A stretch of 64,000 nucleotides of DNA from a virus (taxonomy: Duplodnaviria; Caudoviricetes), in IMG/VR virus record IMGVR_UViG_3300021399_000106, positions 32,001 to 96,000 of that record. The stretch is one strand, 5' to 3'. The translations under genes were made by a program, and so were the position numbers. Numbering within the stretch: position 1 is the first letter of the stretch; every line of letters begins with the position of its first letter. The notes beneath the pieces were generated by a model, which did not search any database, was not told the origin of the DNA, and saw nothing but the letters and a program-made list of their open reading frames with translations. This document shows positions 1 through 9,639 of the stretch, one piece after another.

Positions 1-1069
1 CAGAAATAAGGATGTTAAATTCACTTATGCTATGCTAGATGAAATCAATGAACAAATTGATCATTTATGCACGTTAACATTTACAGATGAGGAATTAAAT
101 TATTTAAGAAGTATTAGATTTATTAAACCTGATTATGTAGAATTTTTAAGATTATATAGACCAATTAGAGACTATGTTAAAACTGATTTAGATGAATTAG
201 GTAATTTAACTATTAGAGTTGATGGTCCATTATTTAGTGCAATGCAATATGAAATATATTTATTAGAAATTGTAAATGAAGTATATTTTAGAATGAAATA
301 TGATTATCAAAAATTATGGTATAGCGCATTAATTAAAGCATCTTATAAGGTTGAGGATTTCATTACAGGTAAATATGATTTCAATTTTGCTGAATTTGGG
401 TGTCGTAGAAGATTATCCAGAGAATGGCAAGAATATGTATTAAAAGAAATGCTAAAGACTGGACATTGTGTAGGAACAAGTAATGTTTATTTAGCAATGA
501 AACATAATCTAACACCAATAGGAACTTATGCTCATGAATATGTTCAAATGTTCCAAGGTATTGAAACTATTCCAGTAGCACATTCAAATAGAATTGCATT
601 AAAAGAATGGTTTGATGAATATAATGGAGATTTAGGTACAGCTTTAACTGATACCTTAACAACAGATTGTTTCTTAAAAGATTTTGATAAGTTACAAGCA
701 ACAATGTATTCAGGTGTAAGACATGATTCTGGCGACCCTTACACATGGGGAGAAAAAATTATTGCTCACTATGAGAAATTAGGAATTGACCCTAAAACAA
801 AAACATTATTATTCAGTGATTCATTAAATTTCGATAAAGCACAAGAAATCTATGAATATTTCAAAGGTAGAGGTAAGGTATCATTTGGTATTGGAACATT
901 TATTACTAATGATACTTGTGAAGAACCTTTAAATATCGTTATTAAATTACAATATGTAAATGGTAGACCAGTAGCTAAGTTATCAGATGTTGAGGGTAAA
1001 TCAATGTCTCAAGATGCAGAATATACAACTTATTTAAGAAGTGCAGTTAAGAGAAGAGTTGAAGAGTAG
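1..1069 (+). CDS. pncB: Nicotinate phosphoribosyltransferase (5' truncated by window)
   Basis: EFGCRRR, GTSNV, GTYAHE, GVRHDSGDP, FSDSL and VAKLSD motifs; frame is open from position 2. Confidence 0.93.
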   Translation, partial: RNKDVKFTYAMLDEINEQIDHLCTLTFTDEELNYLRSIRFIKPDYVEFLRLYRPIRDYVKTDLDELGNLTIRVDGPLFSAMQYEIYLLEIVNEVYFRMKYDYQKLWYSALIKASYKVEDFITGKYDFNFAEFGCRRRLSREWQEYVLKEMLKTGHCVGTSNVYLAMKHNLTPIGTYAHEYVQMFQGIETIPVAHSNRIALKEWFDEYNGDLGTALTDTLTTDCFLKDFDKLQATMYSGVRHDSGDPYTWGEKIIAHYEKLGIDPKTKTLLFSDSLNFDKAQEIYEYFKGRGKVSFGIGTFITNDTCEEPLNIVIKLQYVNGRPVAKLSDVEGKSMSQDAEYTTYLRSAVKRRVEE

Positions 1070-1234
1070 TGAAACAAGATTTTAAGGATTTTTTAAATAA
1101 ATTCAGAAATATTAAATTAGCATACCTACATAACCTATATTTTATATTTACTGGAGATAGAAAACCTTATGATGCTTATATGAAGTATATTGAAAAATAT
1201 GGCTTAGTAGAATTAGTGGATATAGGTAATTTTT

Positions 1235-1840
1235 ATGGATAAAAAGTTTAAATTAGGATTTATGGTAGGTAGAATGCAACCTATCCATAAAGGACATCAA
1301 CAATTAATTGATTTAGGATTAGAATTATGTGAAAGATTTGTTATACTATTAGGTTCTAGTAATGAATCTAGAACTAAAAGTAATCCTTTAACTTTTACTG
1401 AAAGATATGATTTAATTAAAAAAATATATGGAGATAAAGTTGAAATATATCCTATTGTAAATATTGGTATTGGATTTGTGCCTGAATGGGGTAATTATAT
1501 AATGAATACTATGAAATTCTACTGTGATTCTTATCCTGATTTTTATATCGGTGGTGTTGAAGAAGGTAGAAAAGATGTATTTAATAATTATCCTAATCTT
1601 TCAACATTATATATAGGTAGAGATAAAATTGATGTTTCAGCAACTCAAATTAGAGATCTTGTTAAAAATATCGCTTATCCTATGTATATGAATACAGACA
1701 GAATGTTGATTCATATGTCAAATATAGAAGATAGATTAAAACAGTTAATTGATGAAAAAATTGTACAAAATGTTCTAGGGTATAGAGGTGTAATAAAAGA
1801 TACCTACAAAGAAAATAATGGGAAGGAAGCGAATTCATAA
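1235..1840 (+). CDS. NMN/NaMN adenylyltransferase (NadM-like HxGH nucleotidyltransferase)
   Basis: GRMQPIHKGH, SNPLTFTER and VSATQIR motifs; adjacent to pncB. Confidence 0.85.
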   Translation: MDKKFKLGFMVGRMQPIHKGHQQLIDLGLELCERFVILLGSSNESRTKSNPLTFTERYDLIKKIYGDKVEIYPIVNIGIGFVPEWGNYIMNTMKFYCDSYPDFYIGGVEEGRKDVFNNYPNLSTLYIGRDKIDVSATQIRDLVKNIAYPMYMNTDRMLIHMSNIEDRLKQLIDEKIVQNVLGYRGVIKDTYKENNGKEANS

Positions 1841-2186
1841 TATGGTTTTTAAAATAAATAAATATAGTATAAATAGTGGATTTGATATATTTCTAGTCAT
1901 TGTTAATATTATTTTAATAATTGGACTTATATTCTTTTCTACATTTGGCGAAATGTTATATTGGAATTGGTTTATAACACTGGCTACTGGATGGTCAAAG
2001 ATAAATTACTGGTTAATGTTAGGCATAAGTTTTACTATATCACTAATAAGAGGAACCCTTAGTTCCAATAACTCTTCTAACGAAGAAGGTTGTAGTGCCG
2101 GAGAATTATTAACTAAAATATTTGGATATTATTTAGGTATAGGGTTAATGATTGGTCTTGGTGCACTAATACATTTAGGGGTATAG
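1818..2186 (+). CDS. Hypothetical membrane protein
   Basis: ORF with three hydrophobic segments. Confidence 0.6.
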   Translation: MGRKRIHNMVFKINKYSINSGFDIFLVIVNIILIIGLIFFSTFGEMLYWNWFITLATGWSKINYWLMLGISFTISLIRGTLSSNNSSNEEGCSAGELLTKIFGYYLGIGLMIGLGALIHLGV

Positions 2187-2192
2187 AATAAA

Positions 2193-2333
2193 ATGAAGAC
2201 CAAAAGAATAAAAAAGGAAACATTATTTGAAGTTAAATGTGTTTGTTGTGGTAAAAAATTTAAAACCACAGATCCTAAACAAGATACATGTTTAAAATGC
2301 TCAGTTGAACTAATTGAATTTCTTAGTATGTAA
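2193..2333 (+). CDS. Small Zn-finger protein
   Basis: 46-aa ORF with CVCC...CLKC. Confidence 0.5.
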   Translation: MKTKRIKKETLFEVKCVCCGKKFKTTDPKQDTCLKCSVELIEFLSM

Positions 2334-2373
2334 CAAATAACTAAATTATTATATAAGGAAAGGTTGAATTATT

Positions 2374-2565
2374 ATGAAAAATAAAAAATATTTAAATAAT
2401 CCAATTCTAAAGAGCGTTAAAGCTGCAAATTTATGCCTAGATGAATGGCATGAAAATTATAATAATCCAGAAATGGTTGAATGTAATCATAACAGAGTTT
2501 TACCTAAAATTGGATTATGTCTAGTAACTATACTGTTAGTAATAACTTTAATTGCAGTATTTTAA
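2374..2565 (+). CDS. Hypothetical small membrane protein
   Basis: GAAAGG RBS, hydrophobic C-terminus. Confidence 0.55.
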   Translation: MKNKKYLNNPILKSVKAANLCLDEWHENYNNPEMVECNHNRVLPKIGLCLVTILLVITLIAVF

Positions 2566-2683
2566 TTTTTCGATTTAAATAAGTTGTTTTTATATCGTAT
2601 ATAAATTTATAACAACGTTATAAAAACTTCTTAAAATCGAAATTTGAAGGTGTTTACGCTATATTATACTAAGGAGATTCAAT

Positions 2684-3781
2684 ATGATAAAAAAAGAAGG
2701 AAAATATTTTGTTATTGACAAGATAGATGGAATAAGATTAATTGAGGTTATCTTTGCAGGAGAAGAAGATAGACCTCTTTATAAGATTTATGATGGTAAG
2801 GAATGCGTTAAAAAGTGGAGAAGTAAAAAAAACCTTCACGGAATGGCCGATTATGATATCATAGATTCTGATGATTATAATACATACTTGAATTATGTTG
2901 AAGATAATTCTGATAACATAATTTCTTATGATATGTTTGGTTTACCTGATGGCAGTCTTTTAGGAACTAGCAGAGGCAACAGAGAAATACATAAGAAAGA
3001 TAATTCTGAAACACGTACTAATACTAATACACCTTATAGACCTTTTTATGGATCTTTCTATTCTAATTATGAGCCTCCAAAGAAAGAAACCGGCTTTTAT
3101 GATAAATTAACTAAAAGTAATACCTTAGTATTCCATAGAACAGATCCTACAACAACAATGCTTAGTCAGTTATATGAAGGAAAAGGATGGGATGTTCTTA
3201 ATTCGTGCTATAACTTAGACCAAGAGGAATTATTTAAGGTTGTTGACGCACATGAAAGAATAGTTTGTTTAGGTCATGGTTATCCAGGAGGATTAATGGG
3301 AATGTTTGGTCCTGAAATGGCTCCTCATTTTAAAGATAAAAAATTATTTGTAATTTGGTGTAATGCAGATAAATATTTTGACAACGCTGGTATAGGAAAT
3401 GGTCAATTTATAACAGGAAATATTCCTAGCGAAGTTGGCGAGTCAATCGCTGCTGGTTGTGGAAATATTGGAAGACAAGAAATGCTAGATAATATTACAT
3501 ACTGGTCTAAATTATGTGCTGATGTAATCGAAAGATGCCTTGAAGGAGATGTAAAATCTTCCGTTGATTACATTAGAGAAAATTATATTTCTCACTATGG
3601 AACTCATCCTGTTACAAAATATAATGCAATAAGAACAAAAGTTCATGGAACATCTTACGCAGCAAATGAAGCTGAAGTAAACAAAATTTATGAAAGACTA
3701 GGAATAGAAGTTAAACCTGCTGAAAGTAATGGAGGATTTGGTGGTTGGAACCGTGCTTCATTATGGGATAATGAAGATTAA
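2684..3781 (+). CDS. Hypothetical protein
   Basis: 365-aa ORF with AAGGAG RBS. Confidence 0.75.
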   Translation: MIKKEGKYFVIDKIDGIRLIEVIFAGEEDRPLYKIYDGKECVKKWRSKKNLHGMADYDIIDSDDYNTYLNYVEDNSDNIISYDMFGLPDGSLLGTSRGNREIHKKDNSETRTNTNTPYRPFYGSFYSNYEPPKKETGFYDKLTKSNTLVFHRTDPTTTMLSQLYEGKGWDVLNSCYNLDQEELFKVVDAHERIVCLGHGYPGGLMGMFGPEMAPHFKDKKLFVIWCNADKYFDNAGIGNGQFITGNIPSEVGESIAAGCGNIGRQEMLDNITYWSKLCADVIERCLEGDVKSSVDYIRENYISHYGTHPVTKYNAIRTKVHGTSYAANEAEVNKIYERLGIEVKPAESNGGFGGWNRASLWDNED

Positions 3782-3855
3782 TTTAAAATAAATATTGATT
3801 TTTATTAAATTGTATTATATAATATAAGTATATTAAATGAAAGGAAGATACTTAT

Positions 3856-4146
3856 ATGGTAGAGGTTAGTAAAACTGGTTTTAAAAATTTATGTTTTGAT
3901 TTAATTGGTAGTGAAACAAAATTAGATATTGTTGTTAGAGAAGAAAATGAAAAAGGTATCAGAGCAATATATTGTGAAGTTCCTACATTATCGGAATTAA
4001 AAAAACAATATCCTGATGTTAAAGAATTATATAAATATATAGCAAAACATATTAAAGATAGTTGCTTTCATGTTTGTGAATATAATAAAAAAACACAATT
4101 ATTAATTATAGATGGAAGCAAATATGAGGAAATAAAAATTGTATAA
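3856..4146 (+). CDS. Hypothetical protein
   Basis: ORF with GAAAGGA RBS. Confidence 0.65.
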   Translation: MVEVSKTGFKNLCFDLIGSETKLDIVVREENEKGIRAIYCEVPTLSELKKQYPDVKELYKYIAKHIKDSCFHVCEYNKKTQLLIIDGSKYEEIKIV

Positions 4147-4167
4147 TTAAATATAATTAACTTTAGT

Positions 4168-4744
4168 TCTTGAAATATATTGGATGAAAAACTCCTAAAA
4201 GTTAGCTCGATATAAAGAACATAGAATAAGAGCAAATATTTTCCTTATTTAGAAAAATAAGGTGGCGGTGGATGTGGTTTAATCACACACTAGCGGATTT
4301 GATTTTTTCGCTATATAAAATGAAATCTTAGAAGGAAAACTATGTAGTGACTACAATTTAGATGAGAACTCCTGATCATGTGGGATATACATTAATAGCG
4401 TGATAGTTTACAGTATGTTTACTATCCCTAGTATGCGAAGCACCGACTTAGTTTCGGAAAGATTATGTGAGAACCCTAAGTAGCATTTAAACCCGTTTGG
4501 CTGTATTTAGATGTGTCCACCTATTTGGGCCTCTATTTACCTGGTCTACTCACCTGACACGTTAGCAAAGGGAACTCTTGAAATTAAGATAGTAATTTGT
4601 AGATTAATGAGGGAAATCACAAGCGTCGAGTCCAATAAAAAGATGCCTTATGGGCGAAACGATGAGATAGGGATTGGCAACACATAGCCTATCGGTTAAA
4701 AGCCATTGTTGGTTCAAGTCCAACCAAATTATTATAATTCAAGA
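4168..4744 (+). ncRNA. Large structured ncRNA, ROOL-like
   Basis: 577-nt non-coding segment closed by TCTTGAA/TTCAAGA; internal segments (ATGTGGGATATA, CCCGTTTGGCTGT, TGAGGGAAATCACAA) resemble ROOL RNA as recalled; upstream of a tRNA cluster. Confidence 0.6.
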
Positions 4745-4771
4745 CAAGTGAGGTTGAGCCTCACAGCTATA

Positions 4772-4896
4772 TGTTCCAATATAGTTTAATGGTAAAACAA
4801 CAATGACAACCCCATAGATAGAACTATCTCTTGATTATTCAAGGCTTAATGCGTGTATGAGTGACGTGTAATCTGGTTCAAATCCAGTGAGGAACA
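4772..4896 (+). ncRNA. tRNA-like RNA with the anticodon arm replaced by a ~70-nt insert
   Basis: TGTTCC/GGAACA stem, D arm TAGTTTAATGGTAAAAC, T arm CTGGTTCAAATCCAG, no CCA. Confidence 0.5.
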
Positions 4897-5477
4897 GGGC
4901 TATTAGATTAGCAAATGGTTGTATGTTAGCCTGAAAAACATTCATAAACACAAGGTACTCTTAGATGAGTATCTTGTTGAATACAAATTAATAGTGGGAA
5001 TGACGCTTCGAATATCATTCACTTGATATTTACGTCTATTACTGCAACGTTCCGTTTAAATGGTAGCTAATAGATAAGAGCGAAAAAGCACCCTGTTATC
5101 GCTATATAAGGCAGGGTTTTAGATTGTTTACTGATGACAAGGGAAGCTTGGAAGAGGGGTCGGTTAGGTTAGCAATTATCCTAATATGTCAAAAAATTGC
5201 AATTTTATATTGTATAATATAATTGAAGGAAAAGAATATCCAGTGGTAGCGCCCAAACACTAGGACGGCAACCGGTAAGTCGGACGGTCAAGTACGCAGA
5301 ATAAGAGATGAAAATCCTTACAACCTAACTAGAGTGTAGGTTGAGCCAATTAAATAAGTAGAAGCCACTCATTAAGTCGACATTTAGATATCATTCATTT
5401 AGCGATGAAAGTGATCTATTTTTAGCGAAAATGTATCGATGCGCAGCGAGGTTCTTCGGACGTGGCTTGTTATATAT

Positions 5478-5553
5478 TGCGGGGTGGAGCAGTTGGTAGC
5501 TTGCAGGGCTCATAACCCTGAGGCCGTCGGTTCGAGTCCGGCCCCCGCGACCA
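5478..5553 (+). tRNA. tRNA-fMet (CAT)
   Basis: Cloverleaf, GGG/CCC anticodon stem, CCA end. Confidence 0.93.
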
Positions 5554-5583
5554 TGTAAAATAAATTAATTTTGTTAAATAAAT

Positions 5584-5691
5584 GATTGAATATGCAATTA
5601 TAAAAAGCAGCCGTTCTGTAACCACGGTGCCTATACAGTATACTAGTTAATTAAAAGGCTTTGCAGGTGTAATTCCTGTCTTCAATCACCA
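5584..5691 (+). ncRNA. Atypical tRNA-like gene (GTA in enlarged loop, long variable arm)
   Basis: GATTGAA/TTCAATC acceptor + ACCA, T arm GCAGG-TGTAATT-CCTGT. Confidence 0.5.
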
Positions 5692-5813
5692 GGTTACGGT
5701 TTTAAGGACATAAACAAGCCACGGTTAGGAATGTCCTTTTTATTTTATAAAATATATAATTTTTTATATACTAATATTGTATATTTAAATATAAAATATA
5801 ATAGAAAGGAATT

Positions 5814-6125
5814 ATGTTTATGAATACATTGTTTGATGTTTATATGTTACAAGCAAAATTATACCATTGACTTGATGGAGAATATTATAATGTAGCAGTT
5901 GAAAATTATTTAGAAATAGAAAAAGCTGAATTAGAATATGACGATGAAAGAGCAACATTAAGTAATGTTAAATTTCATATTCGTTGAGGTAGATTCTATG
6001 ATAATAAAGAAAAAGAATATTTGAATGAAGAACATAAAACTATTATAGATATTGATATTAAATATTTAGAAAATTATGATTATATTTTAGGAATTTTTAC
6101 TGAATATGCTAAAAAGATAGGATAA
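5814..6125 (+). CDS. Hypothetical protein (2 in-frame TGA=Trp)
   Basis: GAAAGGA RBS; 103 aa when TGA is read through. Confidence 0.65.
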
Positions 6126-6183
6126 TATATTGTATAATATAAAGTAATTATTTCCCGGAGTGAGATTCTCCGTTGATATAGAT

Positions 6184-6259
6184 ACCGGCGTAGCTCAACT
6201 GGTAGAGTCGCGGTCTTCAAAACCGTTGGTTGTGGGTTCGAGTCCTACCGCCGGTACCA
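6184..6259 (+). tRNA. tRNA-Trp (TCA), opal-decoding
   Basis: Cloverleaf, loop CTTCAAA, short variable arm (not Sec), CCA end, upstream of trpS. Confidence 0.92.
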
Positions 6260-6328
6260 GTCAGTATAATGGTTTATGGATTCATTTCTATAAACCATTT
6301 TTATTTTATATAGGAAAGGAATTAAATT

Positions 6329-7315
6329 ATGCAAAGAATGATAAGTGGTATTAAACCAACAGGAAAAGTAACGTTAGGAAATTATATTGGTGCAATAAAA
6401 CAATTTATAAAATATCAAGATGATTATGATTTATGGGTTTTTATAGCGGATTTGCACGCATTAACACTTCCTATAAGCCAAAAGGAGTTACTCGAAAATA
6501 CGGAGAATTTAGCGGCGATTTATATAGCTGCTGGATTAGATCCTAAAAAGGTAACTTTATTTAAACAATCTAGTATTGTTGGACCTACAGAATTAAGTTG
6601 GTTACTAACTTGTAATACTGTTTTAGGTGAATTAACTAAAATGCCACAATATAAAAATTATTGTGAAAATCATAAAGGTGAAGGTGTTCCAACTGGTATG
6701 TTAATGTATCCTTCCTTAATGAGTGCCGATATATTATTATATGATGCTGATTATGTTCCAGTAGGGGAAGATCAAAAATCGCATGTTGATTTATGTAGAG
6801 ATATGGCTGAAAAGTTTAATAAAAGATATCCTGATAGTTTTAAATTACCTGAAACTATATTAGCTAAACAAGGTGCCAAAATAATGAGTTTATCAAATCC
6901 TACAAAGAAAATGAGTAAATCAGAATCTGATAAAGGAACAATTTATATTTTAGATGATATAGAAATATCTAAGAAAAAAATTATGAAAGCTTTAACTGAT
7001 AGTGAAGATAAAGTATATTATGATCCAATTAATAAACCAGGAATTTCAAATCTATTAACAATTTATAGCTGTTTAAGTGGAGAAGATATTAAAGTAATTG
7101 AAGATAGATATAAAGATGCTATTAATTATGGTATATTTAAGAAAGATTTATGTACATTATTAGAAAAGGAATTATTACCTATTCAAGAAAAAGTTAGAAA
7201 GTTAAAAGAAAGTGGAGATTTGGATTTAATATTATTTAATGGCTCATTATCTGCACAATCAGCTGCAAAAAGAAAAATTACAGAAATTTATAAAAAAGTT
7301 GGTTTATTAGATTAA
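6329..7315 (+). CDS. trpS: Tryptophanyl-tRNA synthetase
   Basis: SGIKPTG-TLGNYIGA, ADLHALT, VPVGEDQ and KMSKS motifs. Confidence 0.97.
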   Translation: MQRMISGIKPTGKVTLGNYIGAIKQFIKYQDDYDLWVFIADLHALTLPISQKELLENTENLAAIYIAAGLDPKKVTLFKQSSIVGPTELSWLLTCNTVLGELTKMPQYKNYCENHKGEGVPTGMLMYPSLMSADILLYDADYVPVGEDQKSHVDLCRDMAEKFNKRYPDSFKLPETILAKQGAKIMSLSNPTKKMSKSESDKGTIYILDDIEISKKKIMKALTDSEDKVYYDPINKPGISNLLTIYSCLSGEDIKVIEDRYKDAINYGIFKKDLCTLLEKELLPIQEKVRKLKESGDLDLILFNGSLSAQSAAKRKITEIYKKVGLLD

Positions 7316-7531
7316 AATTAATTGTATAATATATTGTTAAAAATTAATAAATATTTAGTTAGATTCAAAGAAAATTATAATTTTATAAAAAAAGTTATTT
7401 TAGGTATTGATTTTTAGAAAAAAATATTGTATAATATATATGTAAAATAAAAATAATTAATTTTAGTAAAAACAGAGAAATTTGTTGTACTAAATTAGTT
7501 AAATAAAAAATTTGTTAAGGAGAACACAGTT

Positions 7532-7699
7532 ATGAAAACATTATTAAGTCTAATAAAATTACATAATCTTAATAGTCAATATCCGTTACAATCATACTGT
7601 GATTACTCTGAACAAATTACAGACAACGCTGTATTCACAAATAAACCATTTGGGTATGAAGCGAGAGAAAATAGCACACGAGGTTTTCCTAGAAGTTAA
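7532..7699 (+). CDS. Small ORF (55 aa) heading the tRNA array
   Basis: AAGGAG RBS, open frame, followed by terminator. Confidence 0.5.
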   Translation: MKTLLSLIKLHNLNSQYPLQSYCDYSEQITDNAVFTNKPFGYEARENSTRGFPRS

Positions 7700-7725
7700 C
7701 TGAAACTAATCTTTTAAAATAATTT

Positions 7726-7756
7726 AAGGACTAGCAAAGTTAGCTAGTCCTTTTTT
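7726..7756 (+). terminator. Intrinsic terminator
   Basis: AAGGACTAGC/GCTAGTCCTT hairpin + T tract. Confidence 0.8.
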
Positions 7757-7771
7757 ATTTGTTATTTATAT

Positions 7772-7847
7772 AGGTCTTTAGTTTAATAGGTAAAATGATA
7801 GTCTCCAAAACTATAAGATGTGAGTTCGAATCTTACAGGGCCTGCCA
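7772..7847 (+). tRNA. tRNA-Trp (CCA)
   Basis: Cloverleaf, loop CTCCAAA, G73, CCA. Confidence 0.92.
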
Positions 7848-7864
7848 TAAAATTAAATATAATA

Positions 7865-7964
7865 AAGACAGTTACAGCAATTCTAAATGCTAGACAAATG
7901 GATAAGTCAATTTCCTGCTAAGAAATCATTTTGGGTTCAAATCCCAAGCAAATAAAACTGTCTT
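7865..7964 (+). ncRNA. Handle RNA 1 carrying a tRNA(GCT)-like body
   Basis: AAGACAGTT-ACAGCAA...AACTGTCTT; D arm, loop CTGCTAA and T arm inside; no CCA. Confidence 0.75.
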
Positions 7965-7970
7965 GTATAT

Positions 7971-8046
7971 GGGGCATTAGCTCAGCTGGGAGAGCGTCTG
8001 TTTTGCACGCAGAAGGTCACCGGTTCGATCCCGGTACGCTCCACCA
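7971..8046 (+). tRNA. tRNA-Ala (TGC)
   Basis: Cloverleaf, CCA. Confidence 0.93.
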
Positions 8047-8203
8047 TATAGATTGTACCTGTTACTATAGAACAGTTATGATAAATATAAAGCGTTCATT
8101 TGATAAATGAAAGAAAGATAAAGTGGTGATTTATCTCCTTCCGATATACTGGTGGGATAGCTTATAAGCTAGTGTTAAGCCTAGGACAATTAACACTTAA
8201 AAT

Positions 8204-8279
<76 letters not shown>

Positions 8280-8302
8280 TAAAAATAAATATTTAAGATA
8301 TA

Positions 8303-8419
8303 AAGACTCATACTGCAATTATTCCATTCTAGGATTTTTAGCTCATTTGGTAGAGCGTCAAACTTGTAATTTGAAAGTAGCAGGTTCAAGTCCTGCAGAA
8401 TCTATGATAAACGAGTCTT
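8303..8419 (+). ncRNA. Handle RNA 2 carrying a tRNA-Thr(TGT)-like body
   Basis: AAGACTC-ATACTGCAA...GAGTCTT; cloverleaf at about 8331-8403 without CCA. Confidence 0.78.
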
Positions 8420-8425
8420 GTAAAT

Positions 8426-8502
8426 GGACATGTAGCTCAGTTGGTTAGAGCTCCCCGCTCATAACGGGGCGGTCCTAGGTTCGAGACCTAGCTTGTCCAC
8501 CA
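8426..8502 (+). tRNA. tRNA-Ile2/Met (CAT)
   Basis: Cloverleaf; GGAC acceptor resembles Firmicute Ile2. Confidence 0.88.
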
Positions 8503-8509
8503 GTTAAAT

Positions 8510-8585
8510 CGCCCCATCGACAAGCGGCCTAAGTCATTGGACTTTCTATCCAACATCGCCGGTTCGAATCCGGCTGGGGTGACCA
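8510..8585 (+). tRNA. tRNA-Glu (TTC)
   Basis: Cloverleaf, loop CTTTCTA (T37). Confidence 0.85.
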
Positions 8586-8589
8586 TAAT

Positions 8590-8667
8590 CGTCGCGTAGT
8601 GGAATTGGTTAACACACTTGCCTCTCAAGCAAGAGATTTACGAGTTCAAATCTCGTCGCGTCGACCA
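8590..8667 (+). tRNA. tRNA-Glu (CTC)
   Basis: Cloverleaf, loop CTCTCAA. Confidence 0.85.
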
Positions 8668-8672
8668 TAATT

Positions 8673-8748
8673 GTTCCCATAGGCTAATGGACTAGACCAC
8701 TAGGCTACGAACCTAGTAATGAGGGTTCGAATCCTTCTGGGAATGCCA
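8673..8748 (+). tRNA. tRNA-Arg (ACG)
   Basis: Cloverleaf, CCA. Confidence 0.92.
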
Positions 8749-8759
8749 TTTAAATATAT

Positions 8760-8836
8760 TGGCTGTTAGCTCAATTGGTTAGAGCATCGGACTGTTAATC
8801 CGGGGGTTGAGAGTTCAAGTCTCTCACAGCCAGCCA
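8760..8836 (+). tRNA. tRNA-Asn (GTT)
   Basis: Cloverleaf, CCA. Confidence 0.93.
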
Positions 8837-8838
8837 AT

Positions 8839-8913
8839 GCAGGTATAGTATAAAGGTTAGTATTTCAGTCTTCCAAACTGAGGATACGGTTTCGAGATCC
8901 GTTACCTGCTCCA
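8839..8913 (+). tRNA. tRNA-Gly (TCC)
   Basis: Cloverleaf, U73, CCA. Confidence 0.88.
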
Positions 8914-8986
8914 TAAAATTCTAAAGAAAGAGGTAATCGCTATGGAATCTGATTATAGCTATTATTACAACTTAATAATTAAATTT

Positions 8987-9071
8987 CGTGGCGTAGTTCG
9001 TTAAAGAGGCGAGGAAGTCCGTAAAACTTTCATCTTAGATCCGCTGAGAGCATTACTCAGAGCCACGACCA
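8987..9071 (+). ncRNA. Atypical tRNA-like gene (loop CCGTAAA)
   Basis: CGTGGC/GCCACG acceptor + ACCA; non-canonical T loop AGCATTA. Confidence 0.55.
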
Positions 9072-9075
9072 ATAT

Positions 9076-9165
9076 GGGTATGAGGCTACTGTCGGTTGCG
9101 TGGCGGCAGACTGTAAATCTGTTACATTGGAAACGTCGTAGGTTCGACTCCTACCATACCCACCA
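9076..9165 (+). tRNA. tRNA-Tyr (GTA)
   Basis: Loop CTGTAAA, long variable arm, CCA. Confidence 0.88.
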
Positions 9166-9168
9166 AAT

Positions 9169-9245
9169 GGACGCTTAGCTCAGCTGGGAGTAGCGCTTGC
9201 CTTACAAGCAAGAGGTCACAGGTTCGATCCCTGTAGCGTCCACCA
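9169..9245 (+). tRNA. tRNA-Val (TAC)
   Basis: Cloverleaf, CCA. Confidence 0.93.
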
Positions 9246-9330
9246 GCCGATTTTAAGACATAATTGCTTAAAGGTTGTTTGCCAGACTTTAGTAGTAACG
9301 GCATCGAATAAAAACTGGCATTTAATATTT

Positions 9331-9407
9331 CGGGATTTAGCTCAGCTTGGTAGAGCGCTTGGTTTGGGACCAAGATGTCGTAGGTTCGAATCCTATAATC
9401 CCGACCA
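9331..9407 (+). tRNA. tRNA-Pro (TGG)
   Basis: Cloverleaf, CCA. Confidence 0.95.
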
Positions 9408-9448
9408 AATAAGTTGTGGGTATAATAAGACTTGAAACCCTCATAAGT

Positions 9449-9524
9449 GGCCCGTTAGTTCAGCGGTTTAGAATCTTCGGCTGTCTCCCGAGGGACACGA
9501 GTTCGAATCTCGTACGGGTCGCCA
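9449..9524 (+). tRNA. tRNA-Asp (GTC)
   Basis: Cloverleaf, loop CTGTCTC (T37). Confidence 0.9.
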
Positions 9525-9528
9525 TAAT

Positions 9529-9621
9529 GGTCAGTTGGCAGAGTCTGGTTTATTGCACTGGTCTTGAAAACCAGCGACGGTGATGAGCCGTCCGTGGGTT
9601 CAAATCCTACACTGACCGCCA
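9529..9621 (+). tRNA. tRNA-Ser (TGA)
   Basis: Cloverleaf, long variable arm. Confidence 0.93.
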
Positions 9622-9639
9622 TTAATTAAAATTATATAT

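Noticed and set aside
5034-5075. Possible ninth handle (GTCTATT-ACTGCAA...AATAGAT)
   Set aside because: Lacks the AG start, and the ACTGC can pair within a simple hairpin; too weak to call
6184-6259. Selenocysteine tRNA
   Set aside because: 76 nt, 7-bp acceptor, no long variable arm; adjacent to trpS; TGA sits at Trp positions in proteins
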